NCBI RefSeq assembly: GCF_036321535.1 | Contig: NC_087459.1 | Coordinates: forward strand, 7,564,001 to 7,628,000 | Reading direction: 5' to 3' | Length of the DNA: 64,000 nt | From: Camelus dromedarius | Lineage: Eukaryota | Shown: in pieces, positions 13,625 through 26,870 of the stretch | Layout: the number at the start of each line of letters is the position of its first letter | Numbering within the stretch: the first letter of the stretch is position 1 | Made by a program: the position numbers and the translations under genes | Notes under the pieces: model-generated | The model's input: only the letters and a program-made list of their open reading frames with translations | What the model was told of the DNA's origin: nothing | The model's database searches: none

Positions 13625-13960
13625 AACAATGAGGAAACCTCAGACAAATCCTGCCGGAGGGACATTCTACAAAATCCCTGTCTGGTCTTCCTCAACACCA
13701 TCAAGGCACCAGAAACAGAAGAGTCTGAGATGAGATTGTCCCAGTCCAGAGGAGCCCAAGGAGGCATGACGCCAGAGGATTCCTTCCCAGGGAGGGAAGA
13801 AGCAAGCAGATGTGAATAAACAACTGTGTCGGTACTGGCTTGTTAAGTGTGACAAGTGCACCGTCTAACATAGAGGATGGTAGCAGGACCGGGAGTCAGG
13901 TACACAAGAACTCAGCACTGCTTCTGCAGTGATTCAGTAAATCTAAAACTATCCTAAAAA
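13625..13960 (+). mobile_element. L1M 3'UTR fragment
   Basis: tgaggaaacctcagacaaatcc...gggacattctacaaaat...ccagaggagcccaaggaggcatgac; the same segment type as at 700-800 and 24385-24500. Confidence 0.65.
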
Positions 13961-16900
13961 TGAAGTTTGTGAAATTAAAAAGAAATTGATGGAGCTGGGC
14001 AGCAACGGAACCTGTGCCTCAGAAGAGCTGCCTCCAATTCCGCAAACAGAGCACAGGCGTCACCGTGAGGCTAGCCCAGCATCCCTCCTGCGAGCGCAAC
14101 ACCCAGGGCTCTGGCAATGTCAGGTTCTGGCCAAAACAAGACAACTCACCCCAAAATGAGGAACCCAGCGAGGCACCTGGCTGCTGACCCAGTGCCCAGC
14201 TGCCTCCCGCCTCAGCCCGCCTGACAGAGCTGTGCCCCCAGCCAGCAAGGTTTCCTCTATAGAACCAGATGGAACTACATATTTCACAGAGTTGCCCACC
14301 CTCGGGGACGACTGTGACTACTGCCACCCCCACCCCAACCTCAGGTACCACTAAAACCCGCTCCTCCACGCTCGATTGTGAATGATGGCAGGGTGTGATC
14401 ACCAAGCACTGGCTTGGCACTGCTGCACTTGTGTCTCCCTGCACGTGGCCCAGGGGCTCGGGGGGCTTCTCACTGATGGTTCACAGTGGCTAACACTTTC
14501 CTCAAGGAGGAAGCTCTTGGAATGGCCCATCACCTAAGCTAAGCAGCTCTTATGCTTCCGGTCTTCCAGAATACTGTCCAGTGTCATCGAGAAGACACCA
14601 CAGGCACCAGAAAGGCTCCGTCTAGCAGCTGGCTGCCTCCTTCCCTCAGGGGTAGAGAGCTTGACCAACCAAGACGGAACAAAGTCACAGCCTAAGAAAA
14701 TGCCTCGAAAGAAGTGGGCCTGCTCCTCCTTTTCCCTTCCACCAGCGAGTGAGGCCCCAATGAAGTCCAAGGAATTTTCTCATCCATCAAGAAGCTCTGA
14801 ACTGCCGGGCCTACTATATGAGTCTGTGGAACCTGGGCCCAACGGAGCCCCCCTCTGGGGGATGGGGGTTGCTCCCATCTCCTATAAGGAGCCTGACAGT
14901 AGCCCTGGTTTGAGAGATGACAGGGCCTGAAAACCAAGACTGTGCCCACCCTGGTCCTCAACATGAGGGCAGCAGGTTGGGGGGATGGCAGGTGGGGTGG
15001 GGAGGGCTGCAGGTGGCAGGGCAGGTGGTGGGCGGCAGGGGTAAATGAAGAAACCACAACTCACACCTTAGACCTGCCCACACATGGAAACACAACCTTC
15101 TAGCTGCCACGCCTTGAATGTCCGAAACCCAAAGGATGCTGGCACATGTGTCCTTGACAAAGCACAGGGGCATGTGAGAAGGAGAGCTGACGGCCACCAG
15201 GGACTCAGGGCCACAAAGGTGCTGGCAGCAAAAGAAGGTTCTGGAAACATTTTGCAGGTAAAATCAAGAGGATTTGGAGGTTGGTGAAACACAGGGGAAG
15301 TGGGGAGAAACATGAAAGAGTCCCAGGTCTCCCCGGGGTCCCACCTGGGGTAAACAGGCAACGTGTGGATGCAGTGACTTGTGGAACTGGGGACAAAGGC
15401 ACAGCAATGACACAGCCCAGGTATTCACAGGGCCGGTACAGGGCCTGAGCAAGCTGCACAGACTCATGGGACCTGGGAGCAGACTGAGGGAGCAGCAGGG
15501 CAGCGCTCTCACTGCCATGGCGGCCCCATGCCTGCCCGCGTGGCAGAGGACCCGGGAGAGCAGAAACCCCGGCGGGGGCAGACCACCGGCGTGCCCCGTC
15601 TCGGTTCCCTTCCTCCTGCTAGAGGTGGGAACACTGGGATCTCACCCTCCCTCCCACTGCACCTCCTGCCACCACCAGACAAGGAATTAATAAAGCCGTC
15701 TTTTCTGGCTCCTTTGAAAACACTCGCTTTCATGAATCTGAGGACCTGGGTCATCACCCTGTGAAGCACTGAGTGCATAACTGAAGAAGCCGCTCTCCCC
15801 GATACGAAGGTCTTCGACCAGCACCTCTGTGAAGATTCGTCAGGCTCCGCCTGCTTCGCAAACACTTACTGGGACCACATGGGGAAGGCCAGAGAAGGGC
15901 GGTCATGGTCCCAGAATGTGCAGGCTGTCGGGGAGAATTGTCTGACTCCGCCCAAGACACTGACATGGGGCCTCCCTTGGTCTCTCTGCAGCAATACAGG
16001 AGCCCACTTCTACTGAGGATGTCACAGACACTGGTCTGGGTCCGCAGGAGCAGAGAGAGCACCCACTTAAGAGAAAGGAGAGAGGGGGCCCTAAGCAAAG
16101 CACCGGCACAAACGAGCAAGGCTGGGCAGGTGCCGTGAGGCCACGAGACCCCAGTGCAGGGGCTGTGGTGCAGGGAGAGATGTGCCTGGTGCCTCTGTGC
16201 CCCAAGGGGGCTTCCTGTCCCCACCGCAGAATGCCAGTTGGACAACACTTGAAAGAAAGCCCATCAACGGTGTCCATTATCTGAGCATCTCATCCCAAAC
16301 AGATATCCTTTTCTCTCAAGTTATAAAATAAACGGAATGTGAAAGAACAGAGTGTGTCTAACTTTCGTGCTGGGGTATCACAAAAAGGAAGCCAGACTTC
16401 ATTTAAGGCGTCATCACTCTCATAGTAAGTTTCCAGTGTCACTATGACAACCCAGAAACTATCATCTGTCAGGGGAACCCGAGTCAAGGGGGACCTGAAT
16501 TCGCCTTCCAGGCTGAGGGGCCTGACCATGCTGACAGTCTCATCTGGGGCCCCATACCTGGGCCACAACCAGAGGCCTGCAGTTCAGCTAGGAACACGGA
16601 CATTTGGCATCAGGAACATGGTAAATAATCCACTGGTCTCCACTGACAGATTATTTTTTCCTTTTACATTTTTCACCTAAAACATCTCATGCATCCTTTC
16701 TGAGAAGACATAGTTTCATTTTATTTTGCTTTAGTGAGCTTAAATTAATTTGAATCACATTTTTTTAATATACCCAAGTGAAGGGGAGCAGAACATCTCT
16801 TCCAGTGAAAAAATATGACTATTTTCGGCCACGTGTACTCACGACAGGTTTTCAAAACTCTTCCCTGACCAGTACATCCTAGATGTGATAAGGAAATGCT

Positions 16901-19029
16901 GTTTAAAGTAAAACTGACAGTGGATATGACTTTACTGGTTGCTAGGTGCGGGACGGCACCCCCGAACCACACGTCAAAGAGCCGAAGCAGCCTCCCTGCA
17001 CCGGGCACTGCACTCCCACTCTTGGTAACTCCAGCTGTTCAAACGGGACACATGCACCTAGAAGTCTCCCTCCTCTGGCATGACTTAGAATCACATGTCC
17101 CAAGAGACAGTAGCCTCTTAGACATCAAGAAAAACCCACCCAGAGTCATCTTGTGCTGGTAAACACCCACTGACTGGAGAGGGGGCAGTGACCATGTGTG
17201 GCCGCCGTGGAGGTCAGACGCATTGAGGTGGCAGTGCCCTGTGAATCCCAGGTGGGCAGGAGCAGAGGGGAGCGAGGGCAGCTTCACCTGCCTCGCAGCT
17301 GCCAGATGGGCATGAGGCACACTCCACCTCATGGGTGTCAACCCCTATTTCTACCCTACCCACCTGGGCCTTAGAAAAGAAAATATCATAAATCAAATGT
17401 AAATCTCCTCCCTTCAGGAACCCAGCGCAGTTTCTGTATGAACTGAACCCATGGTGCTGACACACAATACTACGTTGCCGGCCACCCTGTGGAAACCTGG
17501 TAAGTGACACCTGACACCTGTGGGTGTTTCTTCCGATAAATGCAGCTCATGCCACGTGGCCAATCACACTGAAGTTTCCCAAAGTCTTTGCATAAGTTAG
17601 AGCTCTCACCACCAGGTTGTTTGCTGGGCAACAGTAACATGTCCACACCAGGGCCCCAGGAAGCAGGGAGGGCAGCTGGGGTGACTGACGTGCCCTCCTA
17701 CTTGCAGACTGGATTGGGAGGAGGTGCCTTCTGCTCGCACACCAAGTGTCACTCAGACTTGCTCAGGGACCAGGGCCCAGATGACAGGAGCTGGGAGGGA
17801 TGCCAGATGGCTCCCAGCCCACAGGCACAGCCCTGGGACCACTCTAAATAAACCAGCAAGTGGCACTGAGGGAGTCAGGCATCTAAGTTAAAACCTACTC
17901 GCTGTCGTGGTCCAGGACCTTGCCAGCCCCACGGCCTGAGCCTGCACCCCAGACTGTCAGGCCACCAAATGAAGCTTTCCTCCCAAAGGGCAGAGGCCCC
18001 CAGTGGGAACATTGTTGCAGCAGGAGCCCCAGAGGTGCTTAACCTCCTGCTCATCTACACAGACATCTCCTTCTCTGCTTCCTGCTCGTCTACCCAGACA
18101 CTACCCCCTCCATGTCCACACAGACCCTGACGTGTCTACAGAGACACCATCCCCGACCCCAGAACTTTCCTTACAGAGACCTCTGGTAAGTGATCTTTCC
18201 TGAATGCTGGCCTAGAGCCTGAAAGAAGAGTGGCATTGCCCGCCCCTCCTGGTCTGACTGCAGCAGAGCACCGTACGGTCCCTCGACTTTCATCTGGGTC
18301 CATCCCAAGCCATATACTGTGCTGATGCCCTGTCTATAGTCCCATATGACTTTTTTGGTTGTCTGGCCTCCTGGAGCCAACACCACCTCTGATCTGCCGG
18401 TACTGGAGCCTGTTCTCCCCAGAGGGCCAGCCTGACCTCTGACCTTTGGCAAAGGTTCCTTCAAACACAGGCTGGCAGTATGACCAAAGGTCCATGCTCT
18501 GGAGGTGACCTTGGTAATTGCTTATTTTGCAAATTGACATGATGTTTTGTAAACTTTTCTGAATCCTGCTGTTTGCATGTCACAATACATTGCAAAAATC
18601 AATCTAATTCAACTCATTATTTTAAGGTTCCTTTGGAACAAGGAAGGAGAGGTGGGAGTAGGAGCAGAAGCAGACCTCCAAATGAAGCCCCACCACCAGA
18701 GGGCTCCCAGCAGCCCCCCAGCCACTCCCCCTCCAGTTCACAGCCTCCCAGCTTAGCACACTGGCAACGCAGTCTCAGGTGCGGCCATGAAACTCCCAAC
18801 AGAATCGAAATTATTCCTAAAGAGAAAGGCTCCTGGAGTTTGGTTAACTATGTTCAGTAGCATTTACCATGGCCTAATTAAAATGGTGACATTTTCCGAA
18901 CTGACATAAGAAGAAAGCTTGTTCAATCTCTCCTCCTGCCAGGAGGCCTCGGTGTGCTCTGGGGGTGACATCCCAAGACCCTGAGTGACCACACATCTGG
19001 ACTATACGTGCCTCAACCTTCCCTCTTAC

Positions 19030-19339
19030 CAGATCTGCCCCACGTTGACCAAGGACATGTAGAGGACCCAGAGAGCAGCCATGAGAATCATATTGGCGCA
19101 GCCGAAGACCAGGATGAAAGAGGAGATACCCAGCCCAAGAAGCGCAAGGGCGTCTAGGTTGGAGTCCATGTGAGACCAGTCCAGCAGCCAGAGGATGGTT
19201 GGGGCGTAGCTCACAGCATCCCAGCTGACCTGCCCCCGGAAGTGCCGCTGCACACTCCTCAGGTACGTGCTGCAGGGCAGCAGGCCCCTGTCTCCAATTA
19301 GCTGCTTGTTCTGGTGGAGGGCCACCAGGAATGCCACAC
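19030..19339 (-). CDS. LMF1: LMF1 coding exon 2 (310 nt; VAFLVALHQNKQLIGDRGLLPC...LYMSLVNVGQIW)
   Basis: Acceptor TTTTCTTCCAG|GT at 19340/19339 and donor TG|GTAAGA at 19030/19029. The phase fits exon 1 (1+2 nt). The peptide HQNKQLIGDRGLLPC...GCANM.LMAALW.LYMSLVNVG is LMF1. Confidence 0.97.
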
Positions 19340-20215
19340 CTGGAAGAAAAGAAGACAAAAGTAACATGAACAGGAACACAGTCCTCTGTGGATACCAATG
19401 GGCACTTTTTAGATGTGTAGGTGGCTGGGCCAGGCAAGAAGATGAGGAACAATCTGACCAATGGTTTGGACTCCAGGTGTCTGAGCATTTCACAAAATCT
19501 TGAGGGTCTTAGAAGACCCAGCCTTAGAAGCCACAATGCACATGTATATGTACACATACCTATGTGTGTTATATCTACTTATACACAATGTATATATGTA
19601 TATAAAATATACACATTTAAATAAAACATGTGCCTATTTACATAAAATGGTTAGTTAACTATCCCAGAATGAACTCTGCTTACAGAAAATTCACAATAAA
19701 ACATTCATGTCAGAAAAATAAGAAGGCCTCAAATACAAACTTCCACCTTAAGAAATCAGAAAGAACAAATTACACACAAAATAAGCAGCAGAAAAGAAAT
19801 GTTTTAAAGGAGGCGAACACCAAAACAAAAGAGAAAGTCAATAAAACTACAAGTTGATTCTTAGATAAGATCAACATAATTGATAGAATTCTAGCCAGAC
19901 TTATCAAGAAAAGGAGAGAAGATATCAATATTAGAGGTGAAAAAGGGAACATCATTATGGATCCTACAGACACAAAAAGATAATAAAGGAATACCACAAA
20001 TCTCTCTAGGGTTGTATATCTGACAACTTAGATGAATTAGACGAATTACTTGAAAGACTACCAAACTCAAAAACATTGATGGTTTTTTTCAAAAAACCAT
20101 CAGTGTAATTCAGCATACTAACAAACTAAATAAGAAAATCATATGATAGTATAAATAGACACACAAAAAAGTACATTAAAGAATTCATCCCTTCATGATT
20201 AAAAAAAAAACTTTC

Positions 20216-20341
20216 GGGGGGACGGTATAGCTCAAGTGGTAGAGCACATGCTTAGCATGCATGAGGTCCTGGGTTCAACCCCCAGTACCTCCTCTAAAAA
20301 TAAATAGACAAATAAACCTAATTACCTACCCCCTCAAAAAT
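20216..20341 (+). mobile_element. tRNA-derived camelid SINE (Vic-1-like), inserted into an old L1
   Basis: ggggggacggtatagctcaagtggtagagcacatgcttagcatgcatgaggtcctgggttcaacccccagtacctcc carries A and B boxes, then an A-rich tail. Target-site duplication aactttc at 20209-20215 and 20342-20348. Confidence 0.9.
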
Positions 20342-20585
20342 AACTTTCAGCAAATTAAGAACAGAGGGAACTTCATCAATCTATAAAAGATAGCTATGAA
20401 AAACCTACAGCAAAGATCATACTTAAAGATTAGTGACTGAATACTTTCCCCCTAAGATTTGGAACAAAGCAAGACTCTCTCATTACTCTTATTCAGCACT
20501 GTATGGAAAATCCTAGCTAGTGTAGTGTGGTAAGTATAAGAACTAAAAGACATATAGATTAGAAAGGAAGACATAAAACTATCTT

Positions 20586-21383
20586 AAAAAAGTTTTTTTT
20601 AATTAAAGTACAGTCAGTTTCAATGTGTCAATTTTTGGTGTACAGCACAATGTCCCAGTCATGCATATACACACATATATTCGTTTTCATACTCTTTTTC
20701 ATTAAAGGTTATTATAAGATATTGAATATAGGGTGATGGTGCCTTCATAGAATGAGTTTGGGAGTACTCCCTCCTTTTCAATCTTATGGAAGAGTTTGAG
20801 AAGGACCAGTATGAGTTCTTCATTGTATGTTTGGTAGAATTCCCCAGTGAAGCCATCTAGTCCTAGGCTTTTTTTTGCAGGGAGGTTTTTCATTGCTAAT
20901 TGTATTTCGTTTCTAGTGATTGTTCTGTTGAAGTGGTCTATTTCTTCTTGAACTTACCATATGATCCAGCAATCCCACTTTTGGGTGTATATCCTTTAAA
21001 AGATACATGCATCCCAGTGTTCATNNNNNNNNNNNNNNNNNNNNNNNNNNNNNNNNNNNNNNNNNNNNNNNNNNNNNNNNNNNNNNNNNNNNNNNNNNNN
21101 NNNNNNNNNNNNNNNNNNNNNNNNNNNNNNNNNNNNNNNNNNNNNNNNNNNNNNNNNNNNNNNNNNNNNNNNNNNNNNNNNNNNNNNNNNNNNNNNAAGG
21201 GAAGTAAGCCAGAAAGAGAAAGAAAAATACGATATGATATCACTTATACGTGGAGTCAAAAAAAAAAAAAGACACTCATTCTATGAAGCCACCATCACCC
21301 TGATACAAAAACCAAAGACACTACTGAAAAAGAAAATTACAGGCCAATATCACTGATGAACACAGATGCAAAAATCCTCAAAG
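20586..21383 (-). mobile_element. Young, rearranged L1 insertion nested in the old L1
   Basis: Poly(T) at 20593-20600, L1 3' terminus, RT-region piece ([30 protein letters not shown]...) and inverted ORF2 pieces. Flanked by ctatctt at 20579-20585 and 21384-21390 (probable TSD). Confidence 0.8.
21025..21196. other. Run of 172 N (assembly gap or masked sequence)
   Basis: Seen directly. Confidence 1.
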
Positions 21384-24300
21384 CTATCTTTATTAACAGA
21401 TGGTACGTAGAAAATCCCAAAGAATCCACAAAAACAAACCCTGTGGCACAAATAAGTGAGTTTTTCAAGGTCACAATATACAAGATCAATATACAAGTCA
21501 GCTGTATTCCTATGTATCAGCAATGAACAACTGTAACCTAACTTTTTGTTTAAAATTATAATAGCAACCCCACAAAGTGCCTAGATAAAAAACTAACAAA
21601 ATATACACAGAATCTATATGTAGGAAACTACAAGACATAATGAAAGAAATAAAAAAAAGATGTAAATAAATGGAGAGATTCATTGTGTTCATGAACTGGA
21701 AGAGTCAGCATTATTTAGATGTCAGTTCTCCCCAATTTGATCTATAGATTCAATGCAATCTCAATCAAAACATCCAATAAGCTTTTCACAGATACTGGCA
21801 AGTTGATTCTAAAATGTATATGGAAAACCAAAGAAACTAAAATAGCCAAAATAATTCAGATAAAGAACAAAGTTTGAGGACTCTTATTACTCAATTTTAA
21901 GACTTACTACAAAGCTACAGTAAGCAATAGTGTGGTACTGGCAAAAGGACAGACACGTAAGTCAACAGAAAAGACCAGAGAGCCCAGAAAGAGACCTACA
22001 CAAAAACAGTCAACTGATTTTTGACAAGGGTGCAAAGACAGTTTAAAGGAGAAAGACGTTTTAACAAGTGGTGCTGGAACAACTGGACGTCACATGGACA
22101 AAGATGAACCTTGAGACATACTTCACAACTTACAGAAAAATTTATTCAAATTGGACCAGAGATCTAACTGTAAAACATGGAAGTATAGAACATCTAGAAG
22201 AAAATATAGAAGGAAATTTATGTGACTTGGGTTTGGCAATGAAGTTTTAGATACAACACCAAAGGCATGATCCATGAAGGAAAAAAACTGATAAATTCTA
22301 CTTTATCAAATGAAAAACTTTTGCTCTGTAAAAGACATTTTTAAGAGAATGAAAAGACAAGTCACAGATTGGGAAAAATATCTCCAAATCACATTTCTGA
22401 TAAAGTACTTGCATCCAGAATACTTAAAGTACTGTTAAAACTGAATGATGAAGAAAAAGAAAAAGAAAACAAAAAATTCAACAATGAGAAAACAAACAAC
22501 CCAGCTTTAAATGGGCAAAAGATCTGAACAGACACTGAAAGTCATCTGCTGCACACAAAGAAGATACACAAATGCCAAATAAACACATGAAAAGATGTTT
22601 AATATCATTTGTTACTGGGGAAACGCCAATTAAAACCACAGTGCAGTATCACCACACACCTATCATAACAGCCCAAGTCCAAAAAATGAAAATACCAAAT
22701 GCTCCAGAGGATTCAGAACAACAGGAACTCTCATTTGTTGCTGGTGGGATGTAAACTGGTGTGGCTACTCTGGAAGACAGTTTGGAAGTTCCTTATGAAG
22801 TTAAACATAGATTTACCATACGACCCAGCAATTATACTCTTAGGTATTCACCCAAATGAACCAAAAACTTACACTTACACAAAAGCCTGCATGCAAATGT
22901 TTACAGGAGCTTTGTTCATAATTGCAAAAACTGGAAACAACATAGACGCCCCTCAGCATTGGAATGGATAAATAAACTATGGTGCATTCATACAATGAAA
23001 TGATATTCAGAGAGAAAAATGCAGAAGCTGCTGATTCACGCAAGTGCATTTCACTAAGTAAAGGAACCCAGACCTAAAGTCTACACACACTGTAGGATTC
23101 CATTCACCTGACATGGGGCAGAACACAGATCAGAGTGTGCCAGGGGCTGGCTGGTGGCGGAGGCAGCCGACTACGTGCACAGGAGAATTTTCAGAAGATG
23201 GAACTATTCTGTATGGTACTTGGGTGATGGATAACTATGCATTTGTCAAAACTCATAAAAATGTACATCACAAAAACTGAACTTTAATGTATATAAACTC
23301 AAAACAACCTAGCCAGGAGGTCAGGGAATGCCAGGATGGAACGCAGACTGTGACAAATGATCCAACGCCACTGCAAATGTATAGAACGGCCACACTGAAT
23401 GGAAGGCATGAGGGAGACCTGGCCTAAGTAACTTTAGAAATTGTTTGAGTGAAAATTGTAAGTACAATGGCAAAAGGAACTGTATACAAACACTGGAGTC
23501 TAATTGATGTTCCTCTCGGGGGTGGGTGAACAATTTTGTAACTGCTTTGCATGTGCACTGGGGTTGAGCAAATAAACAAACCATGGGAGATGGCGGGGCA
23601 AAATTTCTCACTAGCGGAGAAAGGAAGTTCCAGACAAGCAAGAAGGGAAGGACAACACATATCCTGAGTACTGGATTAGAATCGGAGATGTGAGTATGAT
23701 CGTGTTTACCCTAATATATAGTCAAATGGACACACAGAGAAATGGTCACATGTGACTGTGCACACACATGTATGTAACCTAGCTCTGTCTGCTAAGAGTC
23801 TGGAAGCAGTGACATGCAATGCAATGGGCACTCTTGGCAGCCAGATCTAGGTTCTTAACATCACTCTCCAATCAAAGGAACAAGGGCTCCCAGAGAAATG
23901 GCTGCTTTTAGAGCTGAGAAATAAGAGAGGAGACTGCAGCATCCTGCAGCACCCTGCAGCACCAGGAAGTAAGGAAGCACTCACAGAACGAAGAACAGAG
24001 GCACGGCACAAGGACAAGGGAGACAATTGGGAAGAACCACCACTGACTAGAGCCAGACAATTTGATACCACAATGGTAACAGTGTGGGACCATAACCCAG
24101 AGTGTAAACAAACATGGCGACTGCTAAATAAATTCCTTACAGAGGAAATCTAAGTAATACATGAAGATGCCCCCTCGGGCAGGGGGTGGCGGCGCTGATG
24201 ACCCCTCCCCTGGAGAGCAGGCTGGACCCCATCACTGGCTTCCAGAGGACATAGAATGGATGGGAAGAGTAGAATCTGACGGGAGAAACACCTGGCACAC

Positions 24301-25387
24301 ACCTCAACCAGGTGATCCAGGTGAACATAATCCATGATGTGAAAGGGACCTCACCTCTGTGGGACTCTCCCCAAATCACAACCTGTCCAGTCATGAGAAA
24401 ATACTGGACAAACCAATTGAAGGACATTCTACCAAATATATGACCAGACCTGCTCAAAACTGTCAGGGTCATCAAGAACCAGGGACGTCCGGAGACTGTG
24501 AGTGTCATCGCATGTTTACCCTAATATATATTTAAATGGACACACGGAGAAATGACCAAAGGGAGCTCAGGAGTGGTGAGGGCTAACGTCAGGCGCTCCT
24601 GGGAGGGACCCAGAACCAGAAGGGACACTGGTGGAAGTCTGACAGTCTGGAGTTTGGTTAGTAGTTTTAAAAATAAAAGGGTGAATGTTTCTTGAAAGCC
24701 TACTATGGGCAGCTCACTGCCCTGTAGGAAGAAAACTGAGACCTGAGCCCACCTGTGAGAGAAGACATCCAGGACGTCATGAATAAAGACAGAGTGCTAG
24801 ACACCTGGTCTTCTCCCTGCCCCCTTCTTCCCACACCCCTCCTGCTGCCTCCACCACTGGGCAGAAACTACCCAAGTCCACGTGCCACTGACTTTCCTGG
24901 TAACGTCGAGGCCATCCCACCGTGGTGCCCACCCAGCCCTGGCCCTATGTGTGTGTGCACGCACATGCATCCAGGTGGAGCCTGTCTCTCCTGACTCAGA
25001 CTGCTCCTGCACACTCCAAAACCCACTCTGGGCTCTTCCACACAGGGGGACCTAATCAGCAAAGGCTGAACAGCTGGATGTCCCCCCTCCCCATAACCAC
25101 AGTTCACAGTTCAATGCCATGAAAGAAAAATGAGATTTGGCTTCGCCAATTAAATAGTTTAAAAAAGTAAACTGAAGACGAGCAGCATAGGAAACTTCCA
25201 ACCTTACCTACAGGAAAAAATGAATATAGAAGGGATTTAAATTTCAGAAGAAAAAACCCTATTTTTCACTCCTGTTACAGAAATGGCTAAGTAGAAAGAA
25301 AAAACAATTCAAAAAAAAAAAAAATCACAGGATCTCAAAGTTAAACCAAACAACCAAACTTAGAAAGGCTCAGTCACCCCCACCCTA

Positions 25388-25468
25388 CTCTAGGAAGGAA
25401 GGAGACAGCTCCCCCAAGACTCAGCTCTAAGAAGGAAGGAGTCAGCCCCCAACCCAGCTCTAGGAAAG
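25388..25468. repeat. Minisatellite remnant, about 2.3 copies of a 33-37 bp unit
   Basis: ctctaggaaggaaggagacagctcccccaagactcag / ctctaagaaggaaggagtcagcccccaacccag / ctctaggaaag. Confidence 0.8.
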
Positions 25469-26870
25469 CTTCTCAGCTGCTCCTTGAAGGGGTAACTCAG
25501 AGACTGATCTAGAAGAGGGGACCAGGTCACCTTACACATTATCAAAGATGTCTGCAAATATTTTCTTCAAAAATCAAAAAGAAAAAATTTAGTCTTCTCT
25601 CCCCTTCAGATAAAATGCATTAAAATTAAAACAGAATCATCTGCAAAATGTCACTCTCCACTGGGTGGTTTTATTGACTGCGGTTAAAATCTGGGACTTG
25701 GCACAATAACCACCAATACTTTTTCTTTAAAGGCGTGTACTATACAGAGCTCAGAAGTAGGGCAGTGTTTGTTTTTTAAACAAACTGGAAGCATTTTACA
25801 GAGAAGCTTGTAAAACCAAGCAGAGCATTTCATTAGAATTCATGGGGCCTGGAGGAAAGAACAAGAACTAACTTCCCATGAACTCTCAGAACCGCTGAAA
25901 ACTTAGAACAGAAAACTACACAAGATTCCAGTATTCTTTTGGTTCCATTTTTTCCCTCAGATTTTCCAGAGAACAGCTAAGAGTGCAGCAAATGCAGGTG
26001 TAGGTGGGTCTGCTGGGCCCCGTCAGTCCTGGGCTTGGGCACTGACCCCACCCGACCCCAGGTGACACTCCTCTTGACCACGAGTGTGACAAGGTGCCAC
26101 CTTTAGAGGGTGCGGTCTGGGTTCATCTCAGACTCTCCAAGAGATCATTAGCTGGCGGGAAAGACGTAATAAACTCCACTACATGTAATGTTAGCAAGGA
26201 AAGATGACAAGCATGACACCACACAACGCATCCAAACCAAAAGGACAGTACCGCAAGCTGGCAAATCCAGGAATTAAGAGTTAGGCTGAAACTAGCTTGA
26301 GATCCTTTTGAAGTAGAATTTTTAAAGAAACATTATCCCGGGGACTCCACAGTGACAGTCTGGAACCAGGGAGATAAATAATTTTACTGATGCATCAAAA
26401 AAATCTTCCGCTGGCTCCAGTGCTCACAGCTCCTTCTGGAGAGCCCTGCAGTGGCAGTCACCTTCACACGGCTTCTGACGATCACGGCAGTCACAGAGGT
26501 GCGTCCACGTTGGGAGTAAAACTCCAGGGCCCAGGAGGAGCTCACCTCCTTTTCCATCACATCCTCATTTAGCTTCAGGCTCTGGCCGGAGCTGGGAGTC
26601 TTGGTGGGCTGGTGGTCCCCAAATAGGGTGCAGCTGGGACCCACTGGGGTATCTGGACAGACATGAGCCTAAAGTCAGCAGACTGGGCAGACCCAGAAGA
26701 GCTCGTCCAGAATGAGGGCAGGAGTCTTTTAAGTCCAAGTGAGCTCACTGAGGCCCTGAGAAGGAATGAGGGAGGGAGCTCACAGAGCCATGCTATTACA
26801 TGACAGGGACAAGGGTGGCAAGGCAGCAGGCTCGAAAAGCTCCCAGAAGGAAAGCAAGTCCCTATGGTAC

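Larger units (their letters stand above)
19640..24680 (+). mobile_element. Old degenerate LINE-1 (L1M-type ORF2 and 3'UTR) in LMF1 intron 1, interrupted by a SINE and a young L1
   Basis: A-rich, collinear ORF2 remnants (aagatcaacataattgatag, gtagaaaatcccaaagaatcc, ccagcaattatactcttagg, ttgttcataattgcaaaaactgg), then L1M 3'UTR-like sequence. Many stops and indels; antisense to LMF1. Confidence 0.85.

Noticed and set aside
20216-20292. Possible tRNA gene
   Set aside because: It has an A-rich tail and a TSD and recurs at 34986 and 49603, so it is a tRNA-derived SINE.
20702-20893. Reverse-transcriptase-like ORF
   Set aside because: A 63-aa L1 ORF2 fragment, not a functional gene.
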